A stretch of 56,956 nt of DNA from a virus (taxonomy: Duplodnaviria; Caudoviricetes), in IMG/VR virus record IMGVR_UViG_3300022602_001935, positions 1-56,956 of that record. One strand, 5' to 3'. Of the stretch, positions 48,492 to 56,956 are shown piece by piece; the stretch's first letter is position 1, and the number at the start of each line of letters is the position of its first letter. The translations under genes and the position numbers were made by a program. The notes beneath the pieces are model-generated. The model searched no databases and was not told the origin of the DNA. It was given only the letters and a program-made list of their open reading frames with translations.

Positions 48492-51161
48492 ATGAGTTAT
48501 GTCGATGCCATTTGGGATCGCGAGAAGGACATTGTCCACGTCGTTGAAAGAGATCCTAAAAAAGGTAGAGTATATACGGACTATCCAGCCCGCTATGTAT
48601 TTTACTATCCAGATGCTAAAGGTAAGTATCGTTCAATTTTTAATGAACCACTTAACCGAGTCACAGCAAAAAATTACAAAGAATTTGTAAAAGAACAAAA
48701 AACATTTTCCAGTACTCGATTGTACGAAAATGATATTAATCCTATCTTCCGTTGTTTAGAAGAAAACTATCTTGGCAAAGATGCTCCAAAACTAAATGTA
48801 GCATTTTTCGATATTGAGGTGGATTTTGATCCAGAGCGCGGCTACGCATCACCTGATGATCCGTTTATGCCAATTACTGCGATTGCGGTTCACCTACAAT
48901 GGATGGACACAATGGTCTGCCTTGCTCTTCCTCCTAAAACACTAACAATGGAGCAGGCTAAAGAACAGGTTAAAGAATTTCCTAACACGCATCTGTTTGA
49001 TAACGAAGGCGATCTGTTAGAAACATTCTTACAACTTATTCAAGATGCAGATGTACTAAGTGGTTGGAATTCAGAAGGCTTTGATATTCCTTATACAGTT
49101 AATCGTGTTATCAAAGTTCTCAGCAAAGAAGACACAAGACGTTTTTGTTTGTTTGACAAGTTTCCTAAGAAACGTGAATACGAAAAATATGGCAAAACAG
49201 CAGAAACTTATGACCTAATTGGTCGCGTACATATGGACAGTTTAGAATTGTATCGCAAGTATACATATGAAGAACGACACAGTTATAGGCTTGATGCTAT
49301 TGCTGAACATGAATTAGGTGAAAAGAAAACACAATACGAAGGCACACTTGATCAACTGTACAACAATGACTTTAAAAAGTTTATCGAATATAACAGACAA
49401 GACTGTGCGCTACTTGACAAATTAGATAAGAAATTAAAATTTATCGATCTTGCTAATACAGTGGCTCATGAGAATACTGTGCTATTGGCAACCACAATGG
49501 GTGCAGTGGCTGTAACTGAACAGGCGATTATCAATGAAGCACATCATAGAGGTATGATTGTACCAAGTCGTCCTAAGCGTGATGAAGATATTAGTAATCA
49601 GGCCGCAGGTGCGTATGTTGCGTATCCTAAAAAAGGCTTACATGACTATATAGGTTCAATGGATATTAACTCACTGTATCCTTCTGTGATTCGCGCACTT
49701 AACATGGGCCCAGAAACTATTATTGGTCAATTGCGACAAGATTATACCAAAGCAGAAATTGAAGCCAAGATTGCCAAAGGAGATTCGTTTGCCGCGGCAT
49801 GGGAGGGAAAGTTTGGTAGTAATGAATACGAACTTGTAATGAGCAAAGATCGTGCTAAAGAAATTATCATCGATTGGGAGTCTGGCAGTACAGATATTCT
49901 ATCAGGCGCACAGATTTATGAATTGATATTTGAAAGTAATCAACCATGGATGCTGAGTGCTAATGGTACAATTTTTACACACGAAGTAGAAGGCGTGATT
50001 CCCGGACTACTAAAACGTTGGTATGCTGAACGTAAAGAGATGCAGGCCAAACTTAAAGAATCAATTAAGGCGGAGAACAAAATTGAAGAAGAATACTGGG
50101 ACAAACGACAACTTGTCAAAAAAATTAATCTTAATAGCCTTTATGGTGCTATTCTCAACGTTGGGTGCCGTTTTTTTGATAATCGTATCGGGCAGTCTAC
50201 CACCCTTACAGGCCGAGGAATTGCTAAACATATGGCCGCTAAAATTAACGAAGTAATTACAGGGGAATATAATCATATAGGCAAATCAATTATCTATGGT
50301 GATACAGACTCTGCATACTTCTCGGCATATAGCACACTAAGGCGTGAAATTGAAAAGAAAGAAATCCCTTGGGACAAAGACAATGTTATTACCTTGTATG
50401 ATACAATTGCCTCGGAAGTAAATTCAACATTTCCACAATATATGTTAGAAGCACACCACTGTCCCAAGAGTCGTGGCGAAGTGATTAAAGCAGGTCGTGA
50501 GATTGTGGCTATCAAGGGTCTGTTCATTACTAAGAAACGTTATGCTGTATTGTATTATGACAAAGAAGGCAAGCGTCAAGACGTAGATGGTAAACCTGGT
50601 AAGATCAAGGCCATGGGCTTAGATTTGAAACGATCTGATACTCCAGAATTTATGCAGAAGTTCTTAGAAGAAGTTCTTACTAAAGTTCTAAATGGCAGTC
50701 AAGAAGCAGAGATTCTCGATATGATATCAGAATTTAGAACTGAATTCAAGGCTCGCCCTGGTTGGGAAAAAGGTAGCCCTAAACGTGCTAACAACATCAC
50801 TGACTATCAGGATAAAGAAAAGAAATCAGGCAAAGCAAACATGCCCGGCCATGTACGTGCGTCTATTAATTGGAATACACTAAAACGCATGAATGGCGAC
50901 AAATACAGTCAGCAGATTGTTGATGGCATGAAAGTTATTGTCTGTAAGGTAAAAGATAATCCACTAGGATTTACAAGTGTTGCTTATCCTGTAGATGAAC
51001 TTAGACTACCTAAATGGTTTCAGGATCTGCCATTTAATCATGCAGAGATGGAAGCAACCATCATCAACAACAAATTAGAAAATCTAATCGGCGTTCTGGA
51101 GTGGGACTTAGAATCCACTACGCAGAACAATACATTCAACCAATTGTTCAGTTTTGAATAA
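48492..51161 (+). CDS. polB: family B DNA polymerase (T4 gp43-like)
   Basis: Exonuclease motifs FDIE, GWNSEGFD, YNRQD; polymerase motifs DINSLYPS, KINLNSLYG, YGDTDS, KKRY. Confidence 0.97.
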   Translation: MSYVDAIWDREKDIVHVVERDPKKGRVYTDYPARYVFYYPDAKGKYRSIFNEPLNRVTAKNYKEFVKEQKTFSSTRLYENDINPIFRCLEENYLGKDAPKLNVAFFDIEVDFDPERGYASPDDPFMPITAIAVHLQWMDTMVCLALPPKTLTMEQAKEQVKEFPNTHLFDNEGDLLETFLQLIQDADVLSGWNSEGFDIPYTVNRVIKVLSKEDTRRFCLFDKFPKKREYEKYGKTAETYDLIGRVHMDSLELYRKYTYEERHSYRLDAIAEHELGEKKTQYEGTLDQLYNNDFKKFIEYNRQDCALLDKLDKKLKFIDLANTVAHENTVLLATTMGAVAVTEQAIINEAHHRGMIVPSRPKRDEDISNQAAGAYVAYPKKGLHDYIGSMDINSLYPSVIRALNMGPETIIGQLRQDYTKAEIEAKIAKGDSFAAAWEGKFGSNEYELVMSKDRAKEIIIDWESGSTDILSGAQIYELIFESNQPWMLSANGTIFTHEVEGVIPGLLKRWYAERKEMQAKLKESIKAENKIEEEYWDKRQLVKKINLNSLYGAILNVGCRFFDNRIGQSTTLTGRGIAKHMAAKINEVITGEYNHIGKSIIYGDTDSAYFSAYSTLRREIEKKEIPWDKDNVITLYDTIASEVNSTFPQYMLEAHHCPKSRGEVIKAGREIVAIKGLFITKKRYAVLYYDKEGKRQDVDGKPGKIKAMGLDLKRSDTPEFMQKFLEEVLTKVLNGSQEAEILDMISEFRTEFKARPGWEKGSPKRANNITDYQDKEKKSGKANMPGHVRASINWNTLKRMNGDKYSQQIVDGMKVIVCKVKDNPLGFTSVAYPVDELRLPKWFQDLPFNHAEMEATIINNKLENLIGVLEWDLESTTQNNTFNQLFSFE

Positions 51162-51168
51162 AATTTAT

Positions 51169-51197
51169 TTGACTCTGACCAAAATTCTAAATATACT
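51169..51197 (+). promoter_or_regulatory. sigma70-type promoter with embedded TAAATA
   Basis: TTGACT (51169-51174), 17 nt, TATACT (51192-51197); TAAATA at 51188-51193. Confidence 0.65.
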
Positions 51198-51214
51198 TAA
51201 CAAAAGGAAATTAT

Positions 51215-51949
51215 ATGCAAGACCTACTCAAAGATATCGTAAGCCATACTCACAACTTAGGCTTTTTAAATGTCGTTAAAATTACCGGCGATGAAGAATC
51301 TACTAAAATTGATTCTATGGCAGATGACCGTACTGTTATCATGTACGCAAAGACCGCTAATCCATATCCCGATATGATTGGCACATTTGGCATGCCACAA
51401 CTCAACAAATTAAAATATTTGTTAGATGGTGCTGAATACAAGGAAGGTGCTACCATTGAGATTGTTCAAGAAGATCGCAATGGTGAAACTATTCCAACAG
51501 GTATTCACTTTGAAAACAAAGACGGCGACTTCAAGAATGATTATCGGTTTATGAATGTTGCTCAGATCAATGAGAAATTAAAAACTGTTAAATTCAACGG
51601 TGTTAAGTGGGACGTAACTATTCAACCTTCACTACAGGCTGTACAGCGTTTTGCTTTCCAAGCAGGTGCTAATAGTGAGCATACTTCGTTTACTGCTAAA
51701 ACAGATGGCGATAAATTAAAATTTACATTTGGCGATCAAGCAAGTCACGCAGGAGAGTTTATTTTTGCCACAGGTGTAACAGGCAAACTAAGCAAAGCAT
51801 GGGCTTGGCCAGTTGCTCCAGTATTGAGTATTTTGAAAATTGCCGACGTTGGTAATGCTACAATGAGTCTAAGTGATAACGGTGCTCTCCGTATTACTAT
51901 TGACAGCGGGTTGGTCCAATACGAGTATATTATTCCAGCAGGTGCTTGA
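51215..51949 (+). CDS. sliding clamp (gp45/PCNA-like)
   Basis: 244 aa, adjacent to polB; PCNA-like alternation of strands and helices and C-terminal YEYIIPA. Confidence 0.7.
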   Translation: MQDLLKDIVSHTHNLGFLNVVKITGDEESTKIDSMADDRTVIMYAKTANPYPDMIGTFGMPQLNKLKYLLDGAEYKEGATIEIVQEDRNGETIPTGIHFENKDGDFKNDYRFMNVAQINEKLKTVKFNGVKWDVTIQPSLQAVQRFAFQAGANSEHTSFTAKTDGDKLKFTFGDQASHAGEFIFATGVTGKLSKAWAWPVAPVLSILKIADVGNATMSLSDNGALRITIDSGLVQYEYIIPAGA

Positions 51950-52317
51950 TGTTAAAAGGCATTTTACAGAGTAGTCAGTATATAACCGTAACCAACGGAA
52001 CTGCTATGACACCGTACATCCCTTCCGGGGGTCAAGGTGTTGGGATGCTTAGATACAACACTATGGCCAATTGCATAGAAGTATATGATGGTGCAACTTG
52101 GAAAGAACTGGCTAATACCCTGGCCAGTGTTGATCTATCTTATGAAGTACAAGAAACTATAAGGTGGGCAAAGGCTAAAATGACAGAAGAAGCCAATCTT
52201 AAAAAATTAGCCGACGATCATCCTGCTGTAAAAATTGCCTTGGACAATTTAGAACGTGCCAAACAACAATTAGATGCTACAATAATATTAAGTAAAGAAC
52301 ATGAACCAACCAGTTAA
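51949..52317 (+). CDS. hypothetical protein
   Basis: Contains GMLRYNT...EVYDGATW motif and a C-terminal coiled coil. Confidence 0.7.
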   Translation: MLKGILQSSQYITVTNGTAMTPYIPSGGQGVGMLRYNTMANCIEVYDGATWKELANTLASVDLSYEVQETIRWAKAKMTEEANLKKLADDHPAVKIALDNLERAKQQLDATIILSKEHEPTS

Positions 52318-53836
52318 CCTAACCCCTCTACAGAAAGATTACGCTGTATATCTTCCTGCTATCTCCTCATTTTATTCTACGTATGTTGCTAAACAACGAT
52401 TAGAAGAATTTGTTCCTACAGATCGTATTCCTAAAGGTTTTGATCGCGGCGTTGAAGGAATGAACTTTCTTAACCCCGAACAAGGCTATTTTTACTACAA
52501 ATATGCTCTGTATTCAGCAGGTCATGCACAGTTAGATTTGAATAAAAGCCTAACACAAGAATCAATGATTCAACAACGTGATCGCGGTAATACTATGATC
52601 CTTGGTGATTCAGGTGGATACCAGATTGGTAAAGGTGTTCTTAAATTTGATTGGTTAGATTTTGAAGGCGCAAGTGCTAACAAAACTCGTCAAAGTATTC
52701 TTGAATGGTTAGAACTAACTGCTGATTGGTCAATGACACTTGACGTTCCTACTTGGGCGTGTGATCATATTCATAGTCCTAAAACAGGATTGAAAACATT
52801 TGAAGACTGTTTAGATAAAACAAGATTTAATAATGAATATTTCCTAAAGAATCGTTTAGGACAAACTAAATGGCTTAACGTGCTACAAGGTTCAGATTGG
52901 GAGACTGCTGAAAAGTGGTACAATGGTGTTAAAGAATTTAGCGATCCTGCTGTATGGGAAGATAAAGCCTGCGAAGGTTGGGCCTTCGGTGGTGCTAATA
53001 TGTGTAAAATGGATATTACTCTTAAACGTCTAATGACGATGAGAGAAGAAGGAATGCTTACCGGTAAGAATTGGATTCACTTCTTGGGTACTGCACAGTT
53101 AGATTGGTCATGCTATCTAACTCTAATTCAAAGGCAAATCAGGAAACACATCAATGAAGAACTTACCATATCTTTTGACTGCGCATCACCGTTCATCGCA
53201 ACAGCGCACGGACTTGTCTACACCAACGCACAACACAATCCAAAAAGGTGGAGCGTTATTATGGACAAAGCCCCAGATAACAAAGCCCTTGCAGAATCAG
53301 ATATTCCCTTCCCCTTTGAAAGCGAATTCGGACGCAGAATGACAATGGGAGATATTTGTTACTATGCTCCGGGCGACCTAAATAAAATAGGCAAAGAAGG
53401 TAAAACTTCGTGGGATAGTTACAGTTATGCTCTTATGATGGGTCATAATGTCTACTGTCATATCGTTGCTGTACAACGTGCTCAACAATTAATGGATATT
53501 GAAACTACTAAACATAAACTCAATTGGAGATTGTCCGGCATTGAAGGTAAGAAAGAAAAAGAATACAGTGATTGGGTTCCACGCAGAATCTTATACTTTG
53601 CTAATTTTATTGAAGAACTGTTTAACACAAAAACAAAAGCAGAAGCGTTCCAAATGATTGAAGACGGACTGTCATTCTTGCGTAGTTTAGAAGGTGCTCG
53701 ACTACAAGGCGGTCCTGCTCAAAATACATTTGGTACTTTGTTTACTGTTGAAGACGGTTTAAATCAAAATGAAATTGATTTTAGTAATCCAGATGACGAT
53801 AAAGTAAGAGAATTAGAAGAAGGCATTAGAGAATGA
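52301..53836 (+). CDS. dpdA: TGT-fold DpdA-like DNA 7-deazaguanine transglycosylase
   Basis: ILGDSGGYQ, LDVP, NVLQG, GWAFGG, IHFLG, SFDCAS; next to replication genes and T-fold genes. Confidence 0.75.
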   Translation: MNQPVNLTPLQKDYAVYLPAISSFYSTYVAKQRLEEFVPTDRIPKGFDRGVEGMNFLNPEQGYFYYKYALYSAGHAQLDLNKSLTQESMIQQRDRGNTMILGDSGGYQIGKGVLKFDWLDFEGASANKTRQSILEWLELTADWSMTLDVPTWACDHIHSPKTGLKTFEDCLDKTRFNNEYFLKNRLGQTKWLNVLQGSDWETAEKWYNGVKEFSDPAVWEDKACEGWAFGGANMCKMDITLKRLMTMREEGMLTGKNWIHFLGTAQLDWSCYLTLIQRQIRKHINEELTISFDCASPFIATAHGLVYTNAQHNPKRWSVIMDKAPDNKALAESDIPFPFESEFGRRMTMGDICYYAPGDLNKIGKEGKTSWDSYSYALMMGHNVYCHIVAVQRAQQLMDIETTKHKLNWRLSGIEGKKEKEYSDWVPRRILYFANFIEELFNTKTKAEAFQMIEDGLSFLRSLEGARLQGGPAQNTFGTLFTVEDGLNQNEIDFSNPDDDKVRELEEGIRE

Positions 53837-54369
53837 AAAGAGAATACGAAGACGGTCAAATTGAAGAAGATGTAGTATTCTTCTCAGGTATCGAAGTAGA
53901 ACATACACCTGCTTATGGAATGGAAACCTTATTCGTAGTAGGTGTTCAAAATCCACAAGAAGTATTAGCAATGGCCAAGGCTGAAAATGTCAAACACATA
54001 TATTTTGGTGCTAATCAAAGTTTTCGAACAGGCGGAGTTAACGACTCAGTTACTTGGAGGCTTTGGGAAAGTATGATTAAGCCTTGTTTGGACAAAGGCT
54101 ACTGGTGTACATTAGATTTTGATGTAAAAGAAACAGAAGGTGTTCTTGAAAGTTTCCTGGTTGAGAATAGAAAGTTTATTCCGCAGATTTCGGTTAAATT
54201 GCCCTATTTACAACAGTTGGGATATAATGCTACACTAAAGATAGACGACAAAGATTTTGCCGCTACTAACCCCGGCGTGTGGTGTCATAGACTACACGAC
54301 CTTTTATCAACCGACAAGTTTACTGACTGGGATCAGTATACAGGAGATGAGATTTTAGATGATAATTAA
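53833..54369 (+). CDS. hypothetical protein in dpdA cluster
   Basis: Coupled to dpdA (ATGA); motifs GIEVEHTP, HIYFGANQSF, TNPGVWCH. Confidence 0.75.
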   Translation: MKREYEDGQIEEDVVFFSGIEVEHTPAYGMETLFVVGVQNPQEVLAMAKAENVKHIYFGANQSFRTGGVNDSVTWRLWESMIKPCLDKGYWCTLDFDVKETEGVLESFLVENRKFIPQISVKLPYLQQLGYNATLKIDDKDFAATNPGVWCHRLHDLLSTDKFTDWDQYTGDEILDDN

Positions 54370-54748
54370 ACAAGACATCCGTCCAAATAAAATGATTTGG
54401 ACTACTTTTCAGAAAGAAGGTATTCACTGCTATCCAGCGGCGGCTACTGATCCAGCATTAGCAACAGGTGATGAATATGATGTATCATTTCTTGGTACTC
54501 CTCATCGACATATTTTCCATTTCCGTGTGTGGATTAGTGTGGTTCATAACGATCGAGATATTGAGTTTATTCAATTCAAACGCTGGTTGGAAAACCTTTA
54601 CAAAGATAGTATACTTAAATTAGATTATAAGAGTTGCGAGATGATGTCAGACGAACTGTATGACACTATCTCACAAAAGTATCCAGGTCGTGAGATTTGG
54701 ATTGAGGTCTCCGAAGACGGAGAAAATGGTTCATTCATCAAATATTAA
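54359..54748 (+). CDS. second QueD-like T-fold protein
   Basis: EGIHCYP...HRHIFHFRV (three His), SCEMM, IEVSEDGENG resemble QueD/PTPS architecture. Confidence 0.6.
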   Translation: MIIKQDIRPNKMIWTTFQKEGIHCYPAAATDPALATGDEYDVSFLGTPHRHIFHFRVWISVVHNDRDIEFIQFKRWLENLYKDSILKLDYKSCEMMSDELYDTISQKYPGREIWIEVSEDGENGSFIKY

Positions 54749-54758
54749 GGAAATTAAG

Positions 54759-54980
54759 ATGTCGCTTCCAGGCTATGTTACAAAAACTCTACGTATGAAA
54801 CCCGAAGTTGAAAAGATCTTCGATGATCTCGATGCATGGTTAGATCATTGTAGGTTTAACATGCTCCCTTTTAATCCCAGTGATTTGTATAGATCACAGG
54901 AATACAGATACTTTTCTCGTAAGCAAAACGGAGGAGAGTTTAAACCTCGTTATGAAAACAAGTACAAAAAGTATAGATAA
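54759..54980 (+). CDS. hypothetical protein
   Basis: ATG 54759 after AAGGA. Confidence 0.7.
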   Translation: MSLPGYVTKTLRMKPEVEKIFDDLDAWLDHCRFNMLPFNPSDLYRSQEYRYFSRKQNGGEFKPRYENKYKKYR

Positions 54981-56053
54981 TGGCAAAGGTCTTTTTAGTT
55001 GATTTAGAAGCAGTTGAAACCAGGTACACGGGTCAGTGGAAGACTCATGTGCCTGCTCTACTACAAAAGGCAGGACACAATGTTCAAATTATTGCTGGCC
55101 CTGAGGATATTCCTTCAGCCACTACTCCTGGTGCTTTCCTTAATTTTGGTGGTACCAATATCTATAAGTCTAGTCAAGTGGAACAAATGGGGCGTTTATT
55201 TTGCTCCGGATCAGTACGGGCTGGCGATCACTTCATCTTTACTGATGCTTGGCATCCTGGCATCATAAACTTAAAGTACATGAGTAAACTATTGGGTATT
55301 CCAGTAATTACACATGGGCTATGGCATGCCGGTAGTTATGATCCTCAAGACTTTTTAGGAAGACTGGTTGGAGATACTCCATGGGTTAGACATGCAGAGA
55401 AAAGTTTTTATCACGCATTTGATCACAACTACTTTGCTACAGAATTTCACACTGAGATGTTCTGTAAAAATTTGTTAGAATATGTAAACTCCGATGTTGT
55501 TCGGCAATTTGCTCCAACTAAAATTGTACGCACTGGTTGGCCTATGGAGTATATGGATGGAACATTGACTGCATATAAGAACATGCCCAAACGTGATCTT
55601 ATTGTTTTTCCACATCGTATTGCTCCTGAGAAACAGGTTGAGATTTTTAGAGATCTAAAAAATCACTTACCACAATATGAATTTGTTATCTGTCAGGATC
55701 AACAACTAACCAAGAACGAATATCACAATTTATTAGGCGAGGCTAAATTAGTGTTTAGTTGTTCTTTACAGGAGACATTAGGTATAGGCTGTTACGAAGG
55801 TGCTCTTGTAGATGCTATTCCTATGGTACCAGATCGACTGTCATATAGCGAAATGTATTATGACATTTTTAAATATGATAGTAAATGGACAGAAAGTTGG
55901 GAATCGTATAATATATACCGTCCTGATTTATGTCGTGCTATTATGAGCCATATGGACTACTACAATACACGTTTACCTAAATTAAAAGAACAAGCAGAAA
56001 GTTTAACAGACAATTTCTTTTCTGCCCGTGAACTATTGGAGAATATTAATTGA
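54980..56053 (+). CDS. GT-B (GT4-like) glycosyltransferase
   Basis: FPHRIAPEKQ and SLQETLGIGCYEG (E-x7-E) donor-binding motifs. Confidence 0.8.
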   Translation: MAKVFLVDLEAVETRYTGQWKTHVPALLQKAGHNVQIIAGPEDIPSATTPGAFLNFGGTNIYKSSQVEQMGRLFCSGSVRAGDHFIFTDAWHPGIINLKYMSKLLGIPVITHGLWHAGSYDPQDFLGRLVGDTPWVRHAEKSFYHAFDHNYFATEFHTEMFCKNLLEYVNSDVVRQFAPTKIVRTGWPMEYMDGTLTAYKNMPKRDLIVFPHRIAPEKQVEIFRDLKNHLPQYEFVICQDQQLTKNEYHNLLGEAKLVFSCSLQETLGIGCYEGALVDAIPMVPDRLSYSEMYYDIFKYDSKWTESWESYNIYRPDLCRAIMSHMDYYNTRLPKLKEQAESLTDNFFSARELLENIN

Positions 56054-56850
56054 AAGTCGGAATTATTGGATTAGGATTTGTAGGTAATGCTATCAGAATG
56101 GCATTTAATGTCTATAGTGGTATTACACCACTTGTATTAATTGATCCTGCTAAAGGATATAATAGTTCATATGAAGATCTAGTTAAATGTACGGCGGTAT
56201 TTGTATGTGTTCCAAGCCCACAAGGCGATGACGGTAGTTGTGATACCTCTATCTTAGAAGATGTATTAGCCAAACTACGTGCAGTTAATTTTAATGGTAC
56301 TATTATTAGTAAATGTACCGCTCCACCTGATGCCTACGCTCGTCTAAACAATGAATATCTTAATCTAGTACATTCTCCAGAATTTCTGACTGCGGCGAAT
56401 GCCGTAAGAGATTATGCAGGAGGCACATTTGCGTTTATTGGCGGTCGTGAATTTGATCATATAAACACAGCAGAAAAAGTTATTAGATTATCTCAGTGTA
56501 GTCTTGAGTCTGTATACTATTGCTCTATTGGTGAAGCCGCATTGGCAAAATATGCTATCAACTCATTCTTAGCAACTAAGGTTGTATTCATGAATGAACT
56601 ATATAATGTTGCCAAAAAGTCTAGTTTAGACTACGGCAAGATTTCCGCCATGATTAAAGCAGATTCTCGTATTGGCTCAAGCCATTTACAAGTACCAGGT
56701 CCAGATGGTGCATTTGGATTTGGTGGTGCTTGTTTCCCTAAAGACACTTCCGCATTATTAAAGTATGCTGAGATCCTCGGTCTAAATATGAATGTTGTTG
56801 ATGCCGCGGTAAAGAAAAATACTTTACTACGCTTGACAGAACCTAAATAA
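56050..56850 (+). CDS. ugd: UDP-glucose/GDP-mannose dehydrogenase family protein (lacks C-terminal domain)
   Basis: GLGFVG, FVCVPSP, SPEFL, KYAINSFLATKV, GFGGACFPKD; only 266 aa. Confidence 0.85.
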   Translation: MKVGIIGLGFVGNAIRMAFNVYSGITPLVLIDPAKGYNSSYEDLVKCTAVFVCVPSPQGDDGSCDTSILEDVLAKLRAVNFNGTIISKCTAPPDAYARLNNEYLNLVHSPEFLTAANAVRDYAGGTFAFIGGREFDHINTAEKVIRLSQCSLESVYYCSIGEAALAKYAINSFLATKVVFMNELYNVAKKSSLDYGKISAMIKADSRIGSSHLQVPGPDGAFGFGGACFPKDTSALLKYAEILGLNMNVVDAAVKKNTLLRLTEPK

Positions 56851-56901
56851 TCCTGTATTATAAACAAATGGCAATCCCCTGCCCTAACATCGGAGAATAA
56901 C

Positions 56902-56956
56902 TTGAAGAAGAAAAAAGAAACTGCGTTAGACGCAATGGCCGGAGACGGCGGCTACG
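56902..56956 (+). CDS. 5' end of next gene, probably GTP cyclohydrolase I (partial)
   Basis: TTG after GGAG; KKKKETALDAMAGDGGY; folE identity is inferred from context and recollection of related phage N-termini, no catalytic motif is visible. Confidence 0.4.
   Translation, partial: MKKKKETALDAMAGDGGY

Noticed and set aside
48492-51161. Intein or intron in DNA polymerase
   Set aside because: 889 aa with all motifs at normal spacing; no insertion evident.
52301-53836. Calling this a tRNA-guanine transglycosylase (tgt)
   Set aside because: It lacks the CxCxxC zinc motif of bacterial Tgt and lies beside replication genes, so a DNA-acting DpdA-like role fits better, though this is unproven.
1-56956. 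Stop-codon reassignment, tRNA genes, integrase or transposase
   Set aside because: Genes are full length under the standard code with tight packing; intergenic gaps are short and no cloverleaf or recombinase motif was recognised by eye.

Overview
AT-rich, gene-dense segment of a large T4-like (myovirus-type) phage genome, probably infecting a Gram-negative aquatic host (inferred from spanins, GH19 endolysin, UvsE, SOD and PhoH). Nearly all genes are on the + strand. Left to right: (1) QueD-like, cupin, UDP-glucuronate decarboxylase, UvsE and SOD; (2) about 20 kb of virion baseplate/fibre genes, including two collagen-like fibres and an S8 protease; (3) a DnaE fragment, GroES, a cytidylyltransferase, a clamp loader and PhoH; (4) a lysis cassette; (5) DnaJ, peptide deformylase and ClpA; (6) putative head-packaged proteins, including two Pol-beta-type nucleotidyltransferases; (7) DNA polymerase B and sliding clamp; (8) a DpdA-like 7-deazaguanine DNA-modification cluster containing a glycosyltransferase and a UDP-sugar dehydrogenase, ending in a probable folE start. 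The most striking unexplained structure is a DNA-conserved repeat, CAAGGTGTGGCGGA(A/G)G (Q-G-V-A-E), that delimits in-frame protein modules in two genes. One 150-nt module is present as an identical copy in both genes, suggesting cassette shuffling in protease-processed polyproteins. Also notable: a possible sugar-decorated deazaguanine pathway, pseudoknot leaders before queD and the probable folE, and twin same-loop hairpins before the polymerase. No tRNA, rRNA, CRISPR array, integrase or reverse transcriptase was recognised. All product calls come from motif recognition, not database searches.
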